DNA of 64,000 bases from a virus. Taxonomy: Duplodnaviria > Caudoviricetes. Under the pieces are notes generated by a model. It worked only from the letters and a program-made list of their open reading frames with translations. It made no database searches and was not told the origin of the DNA. Both the position numbers and the translations under genes were made by a program. This document shows, in pieces, positions 1 through 10,700 of this stretch. The stretch spans positions 32,001 to 96,000 of the IMG/VR virus record IMGVR_UViG_3300004241_000001. One strand, written 5' to 3'. How positions within the stretch are numbered: position 1 is the first letter of the stretch; each line of letters opens with the position of its first letter.

Positions 1-2
1 AG

Positions 3-965
3 ATGAAAAACCCAGTATATGACTTTGACAATGCTTTGTTACCAGAAGTTTTAATTAAAGTATCTGAAAGAAGCAATACAACTGTTAATAGAACGGCACA
101 CGTTCAGGGTATGTTTATATCTTCAATCGCTGGTTCATATGATGTTGGCGGCATGGCAAAGCAAACTGTCACATTCGAAAGCGATAACAAAAAATGGTAT
201 CTTGGTGATCATAAAAACACCTTTACGATGGTTTTAACTCCAAATGCTGGAACAAAAACTGCAACTTCTCCAGCAACAAAAGGTCTAGACGAAACACTTA
301 TAAGATGCTTTGCAAACCGTTCAGAATTTGCTGGAACATGGGTTGGAACGATAGTAACTTTTACAATGGACGATAACTTTGACGGAACAGAAAGAGTTAT
401 TGGAGTTTACGCAAAAGGTGATAAAACTTCGACTGGCGATTTCCCGGCTCTTACTCCAACCAATACAGGTTCAAAAGGTGGATTAAGAAGAGGGGCAATC
501 GTAATCTATGCTCACAAAAGCACAGATTCAGAAACAAGGCTTTTAAGATGTCAATCTGCAAGTTATAACTTAAATTTCAATAGACAGGCGAAAAATGAAC
601 TTGGAACTCAGAAAGATATCGATAGAGCTATATCATATCCTCTTACTGTAACCTCTGATTTGACATTCGATGCGTCAGATCTTGAAGCATTTGCAATAAT
701 GCAGGGTAAGAAAGCAGAATATGATGCTGGCACATTGACAGAGATGGACGTAAAGAACTTCATCAACGATGTTACAATAAAAGTAAAAATATATAGCGAT
801 GAATATGACCATAGTTCAGGAAAACTTATTGAAACCATTACGCTTGAAGGCCAGAAAGTTAAAAATGAAAGTGATAGCGTACAGGCAGGTTCGACATCAA
901 CTTCTTGGAAAGTATCTCTTGAAGGCAGTTCAATAACTTGGGAAACTACTGGTAATGCTATATAA
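3..965 (+). CDS. Major tail (tube) protein, probably 5'-truncated by the window edge
   Basis: Beta-rich Thr/Ser/Gly protein (RCQSASYNLNFNRQAKNELG-type tube motif) lying directly upstream of the chaperone pair and tape measure gene. Confidence 0.65.
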   Translation: MKNPVYDFDNALLPEVLIKVSERSNTTVNRTAHVQGMFISSIAGSYDVGGMAKQTVTFESDNKKWYLGDHKNTFTMVLTPNAGTKTATSPATKGLDETLIRCFANRSEFAGTWVGTIVTFTMDDNFDGTERVIGVYAKGDKTSTGDFPALTPTNTGSKGGLRRGAIVIYAHKSTDSETRLLRCQSASYNLNFNRQAKNELGTQKDIDRAISYPLTVTSDLTFDASDLEAFAIMQGKKAEYDAGTLTEMDVKNFINDVTIKVKIYSDEYDHSSGKLIETITLEGQKVKNESDSVQAGSTSTSWKVSLEGSSITWETTGNAI

Positions 966-971
966 TTTTAA

Positions 972-1000
972 TTGACATAAAATAATCTTTAGATTAAAAT
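972..1000 (+). promoter_or_regulatory. Sigma70/sigmaA-type promoter
   Basis: TTGACA (972-977), 17 bp spacer, TAAAAT (995-1000). Confidence 0.6.
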
Positions 1001-1001
1001 G

Positions 1002-1033
1002 AATGGCGGTTGGACATAAGTCTGACCGCCATT
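1002..1033 (+). terminator. Stem-loop after the tail tube gene (weak terminator or processing site)
   Basis: AATGGCGGTTGGAC-ATAA-GTCTGACCGCCATT, 14-bp stem including G-U pairs, with only a short U-tract. Confidence 0.55.
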
Positions 1034-1056
1034 TAATTATATAAGGAGACGATATT

Positions 1057-1689
1057 ATGGAACAGGAGAAACTTAATAAAATTGAGGCAAACGACACTAT
1101 AAAATTATACGACGCAAATGAAGTAGTTGATACTGGGAAAAAGAAATTTAACTTTATGGGCAAAGAATGTTTTATTATTCACCCTACGATAAATCAAGAG
1201 GTTGAGTTAAAACAAAAATATGCGAAAATGTTCTCTGGGTTTTTAACAAAAGATGATTTCTTATGCCGTCATCAAATGATTAAATTATTAAAAGATAAAG
1301 GCATTTGGACTGACCAAGATAAAGCTGATGCAGAGGAACTTCACGAAAGAATGGTTCAGTATTACTCTGAATTTAATTCAATTCCATATGATAAAAGACT
1401 TGGAAATACAGAATTTGATAAAGCATATGATTTATATTCGAAGACAAGTGTAAACTATTACACGAAAACATCGATATATTCTGAATCAATGTCAAATACA
1501 GTCGAAGGATTGTGCGACCAGGCGTTGCTTTCAAAAAGACTTGCAATGTGCCTTGTGAATGAAAAGAATGAACCTATAACGTCAGAGAAAGAGATTGGCG
1601 ATATGAGAAAAGGCAATGATCTTGCAGATGTTTTGTTCAGAGCAAAAATGTTTTGGGATGGCGTTGAAGACCGTTTTTTAGAAAATTAG
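1057..1689 (+). CDS. Tail assembly chaperone (lambda gpG-like)
   Basis: Lies between the tube and tape measure genes; AAGGAG SD; ends ...CGT TTT TTA GAA AAT TAG with a slippery heptamer. Confidence 0.8.
   Translation: MEQEKLNKIEANDTIKLYDANEVVDTGKKKFNFMGKECFIIHPTINQEVELKQKYAKMFSGFLTKDDFLCRHQMIKLLKDKGIWTDQDKADAEELHERMVQYYSEFNSIPYDKRLGNTEFDKAYDLYSKTSVNYYTKTSIYSESMSNTVEGLCDQALLSKRLAMCLVNEKNEPITSEKEIGDMRKGNDLADVLFRAKMFWDGVEDRFLEN
1674..1680 (+). promoter_or_regulatory. Programmed -1 ribosomal frameshift site T TTT TTA
   Basis: X XXY YYZ heptamer in the correct phase; the -1 frame is open from 1680 to the TAG at 1931. Confidence 0.85.
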
Positions 1690-1931
1690 CACGTTCGTTT
1701 CTGACTCAAAAAAGATTCGAATTGTGCAAGGATTCAATATGCGAATCCTTCTTCGGAAAGCCGGCAAGAGAATTAACAATAGACCAAGTAGTATTTTTAA
1801 AATGGACTTCGTTTTACGCTTGCTTAAATGAGAGAACTGAAAAAAGACCAGGCCCAGAATTAGTAGATAATGATTATGAATTAGATAAATGGCTTGATGA
1901 AGAATTAAAAAAGAAAACAAAAGAGTTTTAG
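1680..1931 (+). CDS. Tail assembly chaperone GT extension, reached by -1 frameshift
   Basis: -1 frame reads RKLARSFLTQKRFELCKDSICESFFGKPARELTIDQ...KKKTKEF*; no good independent start or SD. Confidence 0.8.
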   Translation, partial: RKLARSFLTQKRFELCKDSICESFFGKPARELTIDQVVFLKWTSFYACLNERTEKRPGPELVDNDYELDKWLDEELKKKTKEF

Positions 1932-1944
1932 AAAGGAAGATAAG

Positions 1945-4900
1945 ATGGCAAACGTTAACCAGAGTATTTCAATTGATTTCTTAATGACCGCGAAATCAAA
2001 TCCTGCTGGATTTAATGATATTATAAGAAAAATAGAAAATATACGCGGAGAAATGGCAGATTTTAGTGGAAGTATAGGTTCTGGTATGTCAAAACTAATG
2101 TCTTCCTTTTCTATGTTCCAAAAGGGGCTTGAGCCGAGAGCCTTTTTATCTTCAACTGAAAAGATAAAGCAAGAAATAAGAAGTTTATCAGCAGAATTGT
2201 CAAACCTTTCAAAAAAAGCAAAAGGGATGGACATTGATTTATCTGCCATAAGCAAAATGCAGGGGATTTTACGTTCAGCAAGGGCTAAAGTCCAATATGA
2301 AGAGGCTCAATTTTATAAAGATTTAAGGTCTCCGTTTGACTTGTCTCAGGCAAAATTTTCTGCTATCCAAATTCCCCAATCGCCTCTATCATATAAGGCC
2401 CCTACCGGGCGACAAGTTGAGAGACTAAAAGAATCACTAACTCCGCAACCATCTGGTCTTGATAAATTTATGTCATCCCAGGTTTTGGCAGTCGGAAGAC
2501 TTGCTCGTTATTATGCTTCATTCGAATTAATTAATGGATCAATAAATGCTATAAATACTGCAATGCAAGAGACAATAATGCTTCAAGATAAAATGCTTGA
2601 AGTTAAAAAGTTCTTGCCAGTTAACTCTGCCACAAAAGAACTTGAAAATAATGTATATGCCCTCGCCAAAGCATATGGCGTATCAGCCGAGACGGTTTTA
2701 AATTCGTACTCAGAATTTGCTCAACAGGGCATGAAAGCGAATCAAATACTTGATGCTACTAAAGCCGCTTTACTCGGCGTTAATGTTGCATCAATAGATT
2801 TCGCTGAATCAACAAAATTCCTTACGACCGCAACAAATGTTTGGGGTTACAGCTTATCTCAATCAACGACATTGTTCGATAAATTATCTAAGGTTCAGGC
2901 TATGTCGGCTGTAACTGCACAGGCAATGATTTCAGCTATACAAAAAACTGGTTCAATTGCTCATGATGTTGGCGTTTCAATGGATGAACTTCTTGGATAT
3001 ATCGCCGCAATAACAGAGAAAACTCAACAATCTGGTGAAGTTACTGGTAACGCTTTAAAGACAATGTTCGAAAGATTATTACGTTCTGATAGTATAAGAA
3101 AATTAGAAGCAATGGATCCACTTAAAGGTATAACTTTTAGAAATATCCAAACTGGAGAACTTGAAAAAGCAGGAGTTATTTTATCGCAGATAGCTGGCAA
3201 ATGGAAAGATTTAACTGACATTGAAAGAAAGAATATTGGTGAAGTTATTGCTGGTGGTAGACAAATAAATACATTTACCGCTTTAATGTCAAACTTTGAC
3301 TCGGCTGTTAAATTAACTGGTGAATCTTTAAATTCTATGGGGTTTGCTCAACAACAGAATCAAACAGAGATGCAAAAATTCACTAAAAATGCACAAATAC
3401 TTAAAAATGTATTTTTAGAGTTGACAACTGATGCATTAACTCCTTTTATGGTAGCTACAAATCTATCTATAAATATTTTAGGCCAGTTTGGATCTAGTGT
3501 TATGCCTATAGCCAAAGCTGGTGTATCTGGATTTGGAGCGGCAGTTATGGTAGTTGCAACTATGGCTATACCAACTCTAATAAGAAGCATTATAGCGTCA
3601 GGTGGAGTTCTTGGAACATTTTTACAAACTATGGGTAATGCTGCTTTAGTTACCAAAGGTCTTGGAGCAGTTTTATCAGGCCCGGCAGGTATAGCATTTG
3701 CGATTGGAAGTGCAATATCTGGATTTTTACTATATAACAGTAGCGTTCAAGAATCTAAAGAAAAAACAGAAGATTTAAATAAAGAATTAGCCAAAACTGC
3801 CGATTCATTAAATAAATTATCAAAGGGGTTTTCTGCCAAAGAATTTACTGAAAGTATCCTTGGTGGAATGACATCAGAGCAATTAGCTAAAATAATAGAA
3901 CTGAATCCTGCCATAGAGTCTATAATAAGCTATGGAGAAAAAGGCCCATATATAAAATCTGGGAGACAAGACTTAGCCAGAAAAATGTTCGTTGAGGCTA
4001 CAAAGCAAACAATACAGCAAAAAGCTGAAGGTGGAGTTACTTTTGAAAGTTATGTGAAAGATGTTGGTTTAACTAAAGATCAATTAAGTGCAACGAGAGT
4101 GCAAGAAGAATTTAATAAACTTCTGAAAGAGTCTGGAGATTTACAGAAGGAAATTACAGGATATCTTTCTCGTTCAACGTTCCTTTCTGATTCCGAATTG
4201 AAAACTCTTGATTTAAAAAAGCAAAAACAAAAAGAAATAAACGGATTGCTTGCACAATTTGAATATTTGGCAAAAGCCTCGGCTGGGAGTTCCGAATTAT
4301 CATTACAAAATGCAATAGAAGCAGCCCAGCAAATTGCAAAATTATTTTTCCAAGATAAACCCACTCAAATTTCTCCTATTTCTGATTCTCAAGAAAAACT
4401 TGAGGCACAAAGGGCAGTAATAGAAGAAATTGGTATAGAAATGGAAAAAGGATTATTTACCGCCCAACAAAAAAATAAAGAATTTGATATTGAAAATGAA
4501 CTTTTAGAAAATCTAAAGTCTCAACAATTTGAACTTGGGGCAAAAGAAATTGAACTAAGAGAACAAGTAAATAAAGGTATAGATGGAGCAAAAGATAAAT
4601 ATGATGAAGTAATTAAGAAAAATGAAATTGTAAAATCATTAATTGGAGACCAAAAAGATATTTTACAAAGGCTTTTGGATTTACTTAATCAAGACTATTT
4701 TATTAATGTAAGATTTAATATGCCTCAAGGAATACCATTACCAGGTTTTATTCCGATCGGTGGAGAAGGGGCTGTTTCATCTGCTAATTTAAATAAAACA
4801 GCACAAGAAGCAAAAGCTAGAGAGACAATTGCAAACAAAGAAATATTAAAAACAACAAACGATATACTTTCAGCTCAAAACTCAATAAACGCATTAGAAA

Positions 4901-6984
4901 ATAAGCATATAAAAATAAAAGAGAATGATGCGAAAAGTACCGCTACGAATAATATAAAGATTGGGAATGAAAAAGCAAAACTAGTAAAATTAGAACAAGA
5001 TTTCTCAAATTTATCAAAGATTGCTTCGAAAGATCAAGTAGAAAAATCTAAAATTGCTATTGAACAAAATAAAATAGAAAACCAGATGAAATTAAAAACT
5101 GCCAAAGAGGTAGGGAAAATAGATAGGGCAGGTCAAAAAACTGTTGAAGATAAGGCTCATATTGAAGCATTAAGAAAAGTTCATGAAATTGAAGCGCAAA
5201 TATCTCTTACCAAACAGTTCCAATCATATTGGGAAAGTAAATTAGAAGATAGTTATTTGCTTCGCTACGATCGTGAAACTGAAGCTCTACAGATACAAAT
5301 TGACAATAATAAAAATATCCTTGATAGTGTTAAAGGACTTAACGAAGAGGATAGAAATCGCTATAACGAAAAGATAAAAGAATTAAACACAGAACTTGAC
5401 GCTCGCAAAAAAAATCGAGAAGAAGCAATAAAGATAAATGAAGAAGAAAAAAGAGCGAAAGACTTTAAACGCAGTTTAGGAAAAGCTGATGAACAATTTT
5501 CATTTAGGCAAGAATTAAATGCTATTGGTTTCTCTGGCAGATATGGAATAACTCCAGAAGAGCAAGCGGCATTTAATATTCAACAACAGTACGAATCAGT
5601 TTTATTTGAAAAAGAAAAAGCAAAAATGATATATCAAGAAAAATATAGGATAACTCTTGATTCGATAATAGCAAAGCAAAAGACACAAAAAGACTTCTCT
5701 ATGGAAATGGCAAAGCAACAGGCTATTCAATTAACATTACAGTCAGAGGAAGTTCAAAATGCCGATGAAGCAGTAATAAAGCAGCAGCAGAAACTTGAAA
5801 TACTTTATAGGCAAACTGAACAACAAGAAAGACAAAGAGCATTTGCCGGCGTAGATGAAATCAAAGGAGTTATCTCTGGATTGTTTGACACATTCAATCC
5901 TATAACTATATACGAACAGCAAAAGGCCAAGGCAAAACAAATGTCTGAGGCATATGCTGAAATGGCTCAGGCTCAGTCAGCCGCCAATACTGCTGCAAGA
6001 GATGTTGCAAGTGCCGAGGCAACTGGAAATATTGACAAAATAAATTCTGCAAGAGAAAAATATAACCAAACATTAAACCAAATCGAAGAAGTAAAGAAAA
6101 AAATGCAGGATATAAATTCAGAAACGAACAAATGGGCAGATGCTTTAAAGAGTATAGGAAATATATTGTTCAAAAAAATAGCAGACCAAGTTACTGATAT
6201 ATTCATAAAGAAAACTGGTATCGCAGACATGTTTGCTAATTTATTTCTTGGAATAGGCGGACTTGGAGGCAAACAACAAACTCAAAGCGCTATGTTTGGA
6301 GGCGGTGCCGCAGGAATAACTACCGCTATGGCTGGAGCAATGGCATTTCCATCAATGGCTGGCATGGGTGGCGGGGCAGGGTTTATATCAGGTGGCAATC
6401 AAGCTATAATAAACGTCATGGCGCAAAAACAGCAAGGGCTTGGTGGCATGATGAGCCCTATGATGGGAACTTCAACTGGTCTTGGCAAATGGCTTAACAA
6501 ACCATTAGACAAATGGGGCAGCACAGGAATGGGCTATCTCTCATCTGGTCTTATGGGTTATGGGTTGGGTCAAGCCATAGGTTCAAAAGGCGGCGGAGCA
6601 TTAGCCGGTGGACTGATGGGGTTTTTAACGGCAGGCCCAATAGGTGGGCTTCTTGGTGCAATAGGTGGATTTTTTGGTGGAGGCAAGGACGAAGAGCCAG
6701 CTCCACCTCCAGTAAAAGAAAGAGAATTTTATAGCACTCAGAAGAACGTCGATGCCTTAGATAGAAATACTGCTGCTTTAATGAAACTTTCAGAAGGAGT
6801 ATTTAATGCTCCATCTACATTTGAAATGCCAAGGCTTGACGCAAAAAGTAATATATCTCAAGTTATAAACGTTTATGTTGGCCCTGGCTCTAACTCTAAA
6901 AATATATCTTCTGGTGTTTCTGAGGCAGTTTATAAAGCTAATATGGCTACATTTGGAACTAAAACATCGAATGTTGTAGGATAG
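1945..6984 (+). CDS. Tail tape measure protein (TP901-like core)
   Basis: 1679 aa; helical TMP core (VSMDELLGYIAAITEKTQQSGEVTGNALKTMFERL), hydrophobic segments, long coiled coils, Gly-rich C-terminus. Confidence 0.93.
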   Translation: MANVNQSISIDFLMTAKSNPAGFNDIIRKIENIRGEMADFSGSIGSGMSKLMSSFSMFQKGLEPRAFLSSTEKIKQEIRSLSAELSNLSKKAKGMDIDLSAISKMQGILRSARAKVQYEEAQFYKDLRSPFDLSQAKFSAIQIPQSPLSYKAPTGRQVERLKESLTPQPSGLDKFMSSQVLAVGRLARYYASFELINGSINAINTAMQETIMLQDKMLEVKKFLPVNSATKELENNVYALAKAYGVSAETVLNSYSEFAQQGMKANQILDATKAALLGVNVASIDFAESTKFLTTATNVWGYSLSQSTTLFDKLSKVQAMSAVTAQAMISAIQKTGSIAHDVGVSMDELLGYIAAITEKTQQSGEVTGNALKTMFERLLRSDSIRKLEAMDPLKGITFRNIQTGELEKAGVILSQIAGKWKDLTDIERKNIGEVIAGGRQINTFTALMSNFDSAVKLTGESLNSMGFAQQQNQTEMQKFTKNAQILKNVFLELTTDALTPFMVATNLSINILGQFGSSVMPIAKAGVSGFGAAVMVVATMAIPTLIRSIIASGGVLGTFLQTMGNAALVTKGLGAVLSGPAGIAFAIGSAISGFLLYNSSVQESKEKTEDLNKELAKTADSLNKLSKGFSAKEFTESILGGMTSEQLAKIIELNPAIESIISYGEKGPYIKSGRQDLARKMFVEATKQTIQQKAEGGVTFESYVKDVGLTKDQLSATRVQEEFNKLLKESGDLQKEITGYLSRSTFLSDSELKTLDLKKQKQKEINGLLAQFEYLAKASAGSSELSLQNAIEAAQQIAKLFFQDKPTQISPISDSQEKLEAQRAVIEEIGIEMEKGLFTAQQKNKEFDIENELLENLKSQQFELGAKEIELREQVNKGIDGAKDKYDEVIKKNEIVKSLIGDQKDILQRLLDLLNQDYFINVRFNMPQGIPLPGFIPIGGEGAVSSANLNKTAQEAKARETIANKEILKTTNDILSAQNSINALENKHIKIKENDAKSTATNNIKIGNEKAKLVKLEQDFSNLSKIASKDQVEKSKIAIEQNKIENQMKLKTAKEVGKIDRAGQKTVEDKAHIEALRKVHEIEAQISLTKQFQSYWESKLEDSYLLRYDRETEALQIQIDNNKNILDSVKGLNEEDRNRYNEKIKELNTELDARKKNREEAIKINEEEKRAKDFKRSLGKADEQFSFRQELNAIGFSGRYGITPEEQAAFNIQQQYESVLFEKEKAKMIYQEKYRITLDSIIAKQKTQKDFSMEMAKQQAIQLTLQSEEVQNADEAVIKQQQKLEILYRQTEQQERQRAFAGVDEIKGVISGLFDTFNPITIYEQQKAKAKQMSEAYAEMAQAQSAANTAARDVASAEATGNIDKINSAREKYNQTLNQIEEVKKKMQDINSETNKWADALKSIGNILFKKIADQVTDIFIKKTGIADMFANLFLGIGGLGGKQQTQSAMFGGGAAGITTAMAGAMAFPSMAGMGGGAGFISGGNQAIINVMAQKQQGLGGMMSPMMGTSTGLGKWLNKPLDKWGSTGMGYLSSGLMGYGLGQAIGSKGGGALAGGLMGFLTAGPIGGLLGAIGGFFGGGKDEEPAPPPVKEREFYSTQKNVDALDRNTAALMKLSEGVFNAPSTFEMPRLDAKSNISQVINVYVGPGSNSKNISSGVSEAVYKANMATFGTKTSNVVG

Positions 6985-6992
6985 GTGGTAAA

Positions 6993-7406
6993 ATGGCAAG
7001 CAAAACAAATTATAAATTATACAAATCATCTCTTACTCCTACGAAAATTGATATAGGGATTTCATCTTACGAAATAAAGACTCAAGATTATGGCAAGTTA
7101 GAACTAGGAAGAGGAATTAGAGTTTTTATAAAAAAATACTCCTCTTCCGGGGAAATACGAAAGAATGACACTTTAATTTTAAAATGGGATTTTGTTCCTG
7201 AAAATTCAATTACATTTTCAAAAATACAGTCTTTAAGCAATGGTGATGAAGTAACTTTTATTGCCTCTGGAAATATAAATATGTCAATTACTGGTGAATT
7301 GATAGATATAGTTTCAAAAAGAAAATCAGGGATAATATTAAAAAACAATATCATGACAAGAGAAATATCAATTCAAATATGCGTTAAGACTGGAAGTATA
7401 AACTAA
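6993..7406 (+). CDS. Putative distal tail / tail-tip protein
   Basis: Small beta-rich ORF directly after the tape measure gene; synteny only. Confidence 0.45.
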   Translation: MASKTNYKLYKSSLTPTKIDIGISSYEIKTQDYGKLELGRGIRVFIKKYSSSGEIRKNDTLILKWDFVPENSITFSKIQSLSNGDEVTFIASGNINMSITGELIDIVSKRKSGIILKNNIMTREISIQICVKTGSIN

Positions 7407-7416
7407 GGAGAAAAAT

Positions 7417-7773
7417 ATGGCGTGGCAAATAAACGGAGTGACACTTGATTATGGCCCAAGTTTTCAAGATGATTTTACATATGTTGATGACAAACCCATA
7501 GAATTGACGTTTCCATCAAAAAGTATCGATAATGATTATATTTATTTAAGGAATTATGACGAATCAAAAACTATGTCATGGGATAGAGTTACATCGAGTT
7601 TGAAGACGAAATTAGTAAATTTACCTTTATTTACAAATATATCTTTGTATGATAATATATCGACTAATAATTATACTATTCAAATATTGGATAGAAAGAT
7701 TATTCCATATAAAACATTTGAAAACTCTGAAGTTTTATGGTCTGCTACTTTAAAAATAAAAGTTATTAGTTAG
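7417..7773 (+). CDS. Putative distal tail / tail-tip protein
   Basis: AAGGAG SD; MAWQINGVTL start; synteny. Confidence 0.5.
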   Translation: MAWQINGVTLDYGPSFQDDFTYVDDKPIELTFPSKSIDNDYIYLRNYDESKTMSWDRVTSSLKTKLVNLPLFTNISLYDNISTNNYTIQILDRKIIPYKTFENSEVLWSATLKIKVIS

Positions 7774-7786
7774 GATTGGTGGAAAA

Positions 7787-10700
7787 GTGGATAATTTTAT
7801 ATATCAAACAGTTAATGATAATGTATCTGGAAAATCTGGCATTGCCTCATCTTGCTTTTATTGCGAAATATTTCAAGGTGGTCTATATGATTTTCATGCA
7901 AAAAATAAGACGACATTCTCTCCTAATAATGGATATGATATTATTACTGCCACAAAAATGAGAGGAGAAACGGAAGTCTCATATTCTGTCGAAAGATCAG
8001 ATGTATCGTTATGGACGAAATTTTCTCCAATAAGTTTCCAAAAAAACTTTTCAGTTGGCCAGTCTAAAACTATAAATTTTACATTGCCTTACAATATGTT
8101 CTCTTATAATATGTCAACGGGCATATTTACTGGTAATAATGATTTAACAAATTTTAACTTTACACTAAGTAAAGGGTATTTGGTAAGGCTTTATTCTGGA
8201 TTTTTTTCAGATGATAATACTGCTGCGATATATCAAGATGACAATGGGCAACACACAGAAAGACAGTTTACAGGTGTTATAACTGATATTCAAGTTTCCG
8301 AAGATGATGGAACATTGACTATTGCCGCTTCGGATTATTCTGTAATATTCTTAAACCAATTAAATTATAATTATCCTGATATTGTTTCTTATAGAGATGC
8401 CGCAGAAGATACAGAAGACGTAATAGTTGGTGGATCAACTTATAAATCTCCGATAAGAATTCAACCAGATAATTTATTCGCTGATATCGCAAATCAACAA
8501 TTTATTCCAGCATATGATAATTGGAAGGTCATAGATGCCATAAAGGATATTTGTATAAAAAGTAATTTTCCTGTCGAAAGAATTGCTTTTGGATTCATGA
8601 ATAGCGATAAAATAAGACTTGGAAAATCAAAAGAATATCCATTTATGAAAACTCAGTCAAAATATATTCAGACCACTGCAACAACAATTGAAGAAGTGGT
8701 AAAAATATCAGGCATCGATGCAGAATCATTAGATGATGCAAAATATAAATTTGATTTTGGAAAGAACCTATGGGATTGTTTAAGCACGATCTGCGAAGAT
8801 TTTGGCTTTAGAATGTTTTTCGATAAAGATGGAAAGTTAAATATTAAAGATGTTGGAGTTGGAACATTTTACCAAGATTTTACTGGAACAGAACTTCAAA
8901 TAATAGAGAATAATGTTTATGGTTGGACTGCTCAAGATTTAACCAATTATACAAATTGCACTATAAAAACTTCAATTTCTGGATATAAAATAGAAGCAAG
9001 ATTTATAAGTAAAGATGCTGAATTGCCAGCAACAACAGTTAGAGTATATTATAACAGTAATCTTTTAGCAACTGTGAATGTTAGAGCATTATCAAAATAT
9101 GATGCCGAAACGGTTACGCTATTTGAATCAGATAGTCCATCTGGATTATTTTATTTTCAATGCGCTGATACTGCATATTTAAACTGTTTGTATTATTACA
9201 CGCCTGAGCAACAAAATAATCCGATAATAACTCTTGATACGACAAAAAACGTAAAAATAACTCAATCAAATTTATCTAACCAAGAGATACGAAATCAGGT
9301 AATATCAATAGGGAAACCAAATGCATCAGAACCATTAATATCAAAATCAATAGATTTTACATCTATTTATGGCGGAGAAAATATCATATCTTCCTTAGAG
9401 TTTTCAAATGGGATAGACGCTGTTTCTGAATCAAAAGGTGACTTTCTTAGCAATGGAAAAAAAGACAAATATGAAAATGTTATATTTAATCCGTCATCTT
9501 TTACTATAAAATGTGATGGCAGTAAACCTTCCCCCAAAATATTAAAAATATATTTTAAACAGGACTCGACATATATAGGGAAGACGATAACCATAAACAC
9601 TACTGATTCAACTTTTTCTCAAACAATAAGTCAATATGATTTGACTAATTTTGGCATGTTTATAAATATTCCGACAATAACGACAAAAGTTAATGGCAAA
9701 TATGTCATACAACTTTCATGTGCGTCTGCTCAATCTTTTTATCTTTCTGAAGTAGAATGTTTTAATAATGATATCTCTTATAATTATGCCGGCTTTCTAA
9801 AAGAACTAATGATAGTAAAAGATAACGTAAGTGACAAATCATCAAATGATTGGGCGGCAAAGACACTTATTGAAACTCATAGAGGAAACTCGCATCAAGT
9901 TGAAGCAGAGGCTATAGGAATGCCGTTTTTAAATATTGGAGATTGCATTGATATATACGCTCCAGAATTAGGTTTTGCTCAAGATAAAAATTTTTATGTT
10001 ACTGGAATTTCTGATTCAGGAACCGACATATCTTATACCTCTAAAATATCTTTGTCTGCTATTCCTCCGGTTAAATCAATCCAATGGATGCCAGATATAG
10101 ACGAAACAAAATTTACAGGAGATATATATGATTTCACAATCCAGATAAAAGAAAAAGATAACGTGTCAGGCGATGCTAAAGGCATAATCGGTGGAGAATT
10201 TGAAAATATTTCTGGATTGCCTGGAGATATGAAAAATTTTAAACATGGAAGAATGATTGCCTATGACAGTGTAAATGGGAAGATATACGCTCTTGGAGGT
10301 TCCTCTACATGGATGACAGATACATGGATAACAAGAATGACTCCAACGAAATATTTTGCAATATACGATATTTCCACAAAAACATGGACTCAGGGTTCTA
10401 TGCCAGTTGCAACTTGTTTTGGATTTGCTTGTTGTTATAACGGAGATTTGTATGTATTCGGTGGCACTAATAATGCCGCAAATATTTTAAAATATACATT
10501 TTCAACATCTACTTGGTCTAACTATGGAAGCCTGTCTTTTAATTTTCAATATGGTGGAGCGGCAATAAAAGATAATATGGTTTATTTAATATCTGGATGG
10601 TCAGGGTCAAGTAGCGAATATCCTGTCGGCGGATGCTATTCGTATGATATCTTAACAAAAACTATTACAACTCTTGCAACATTAAATTCTTCAAATGGAT

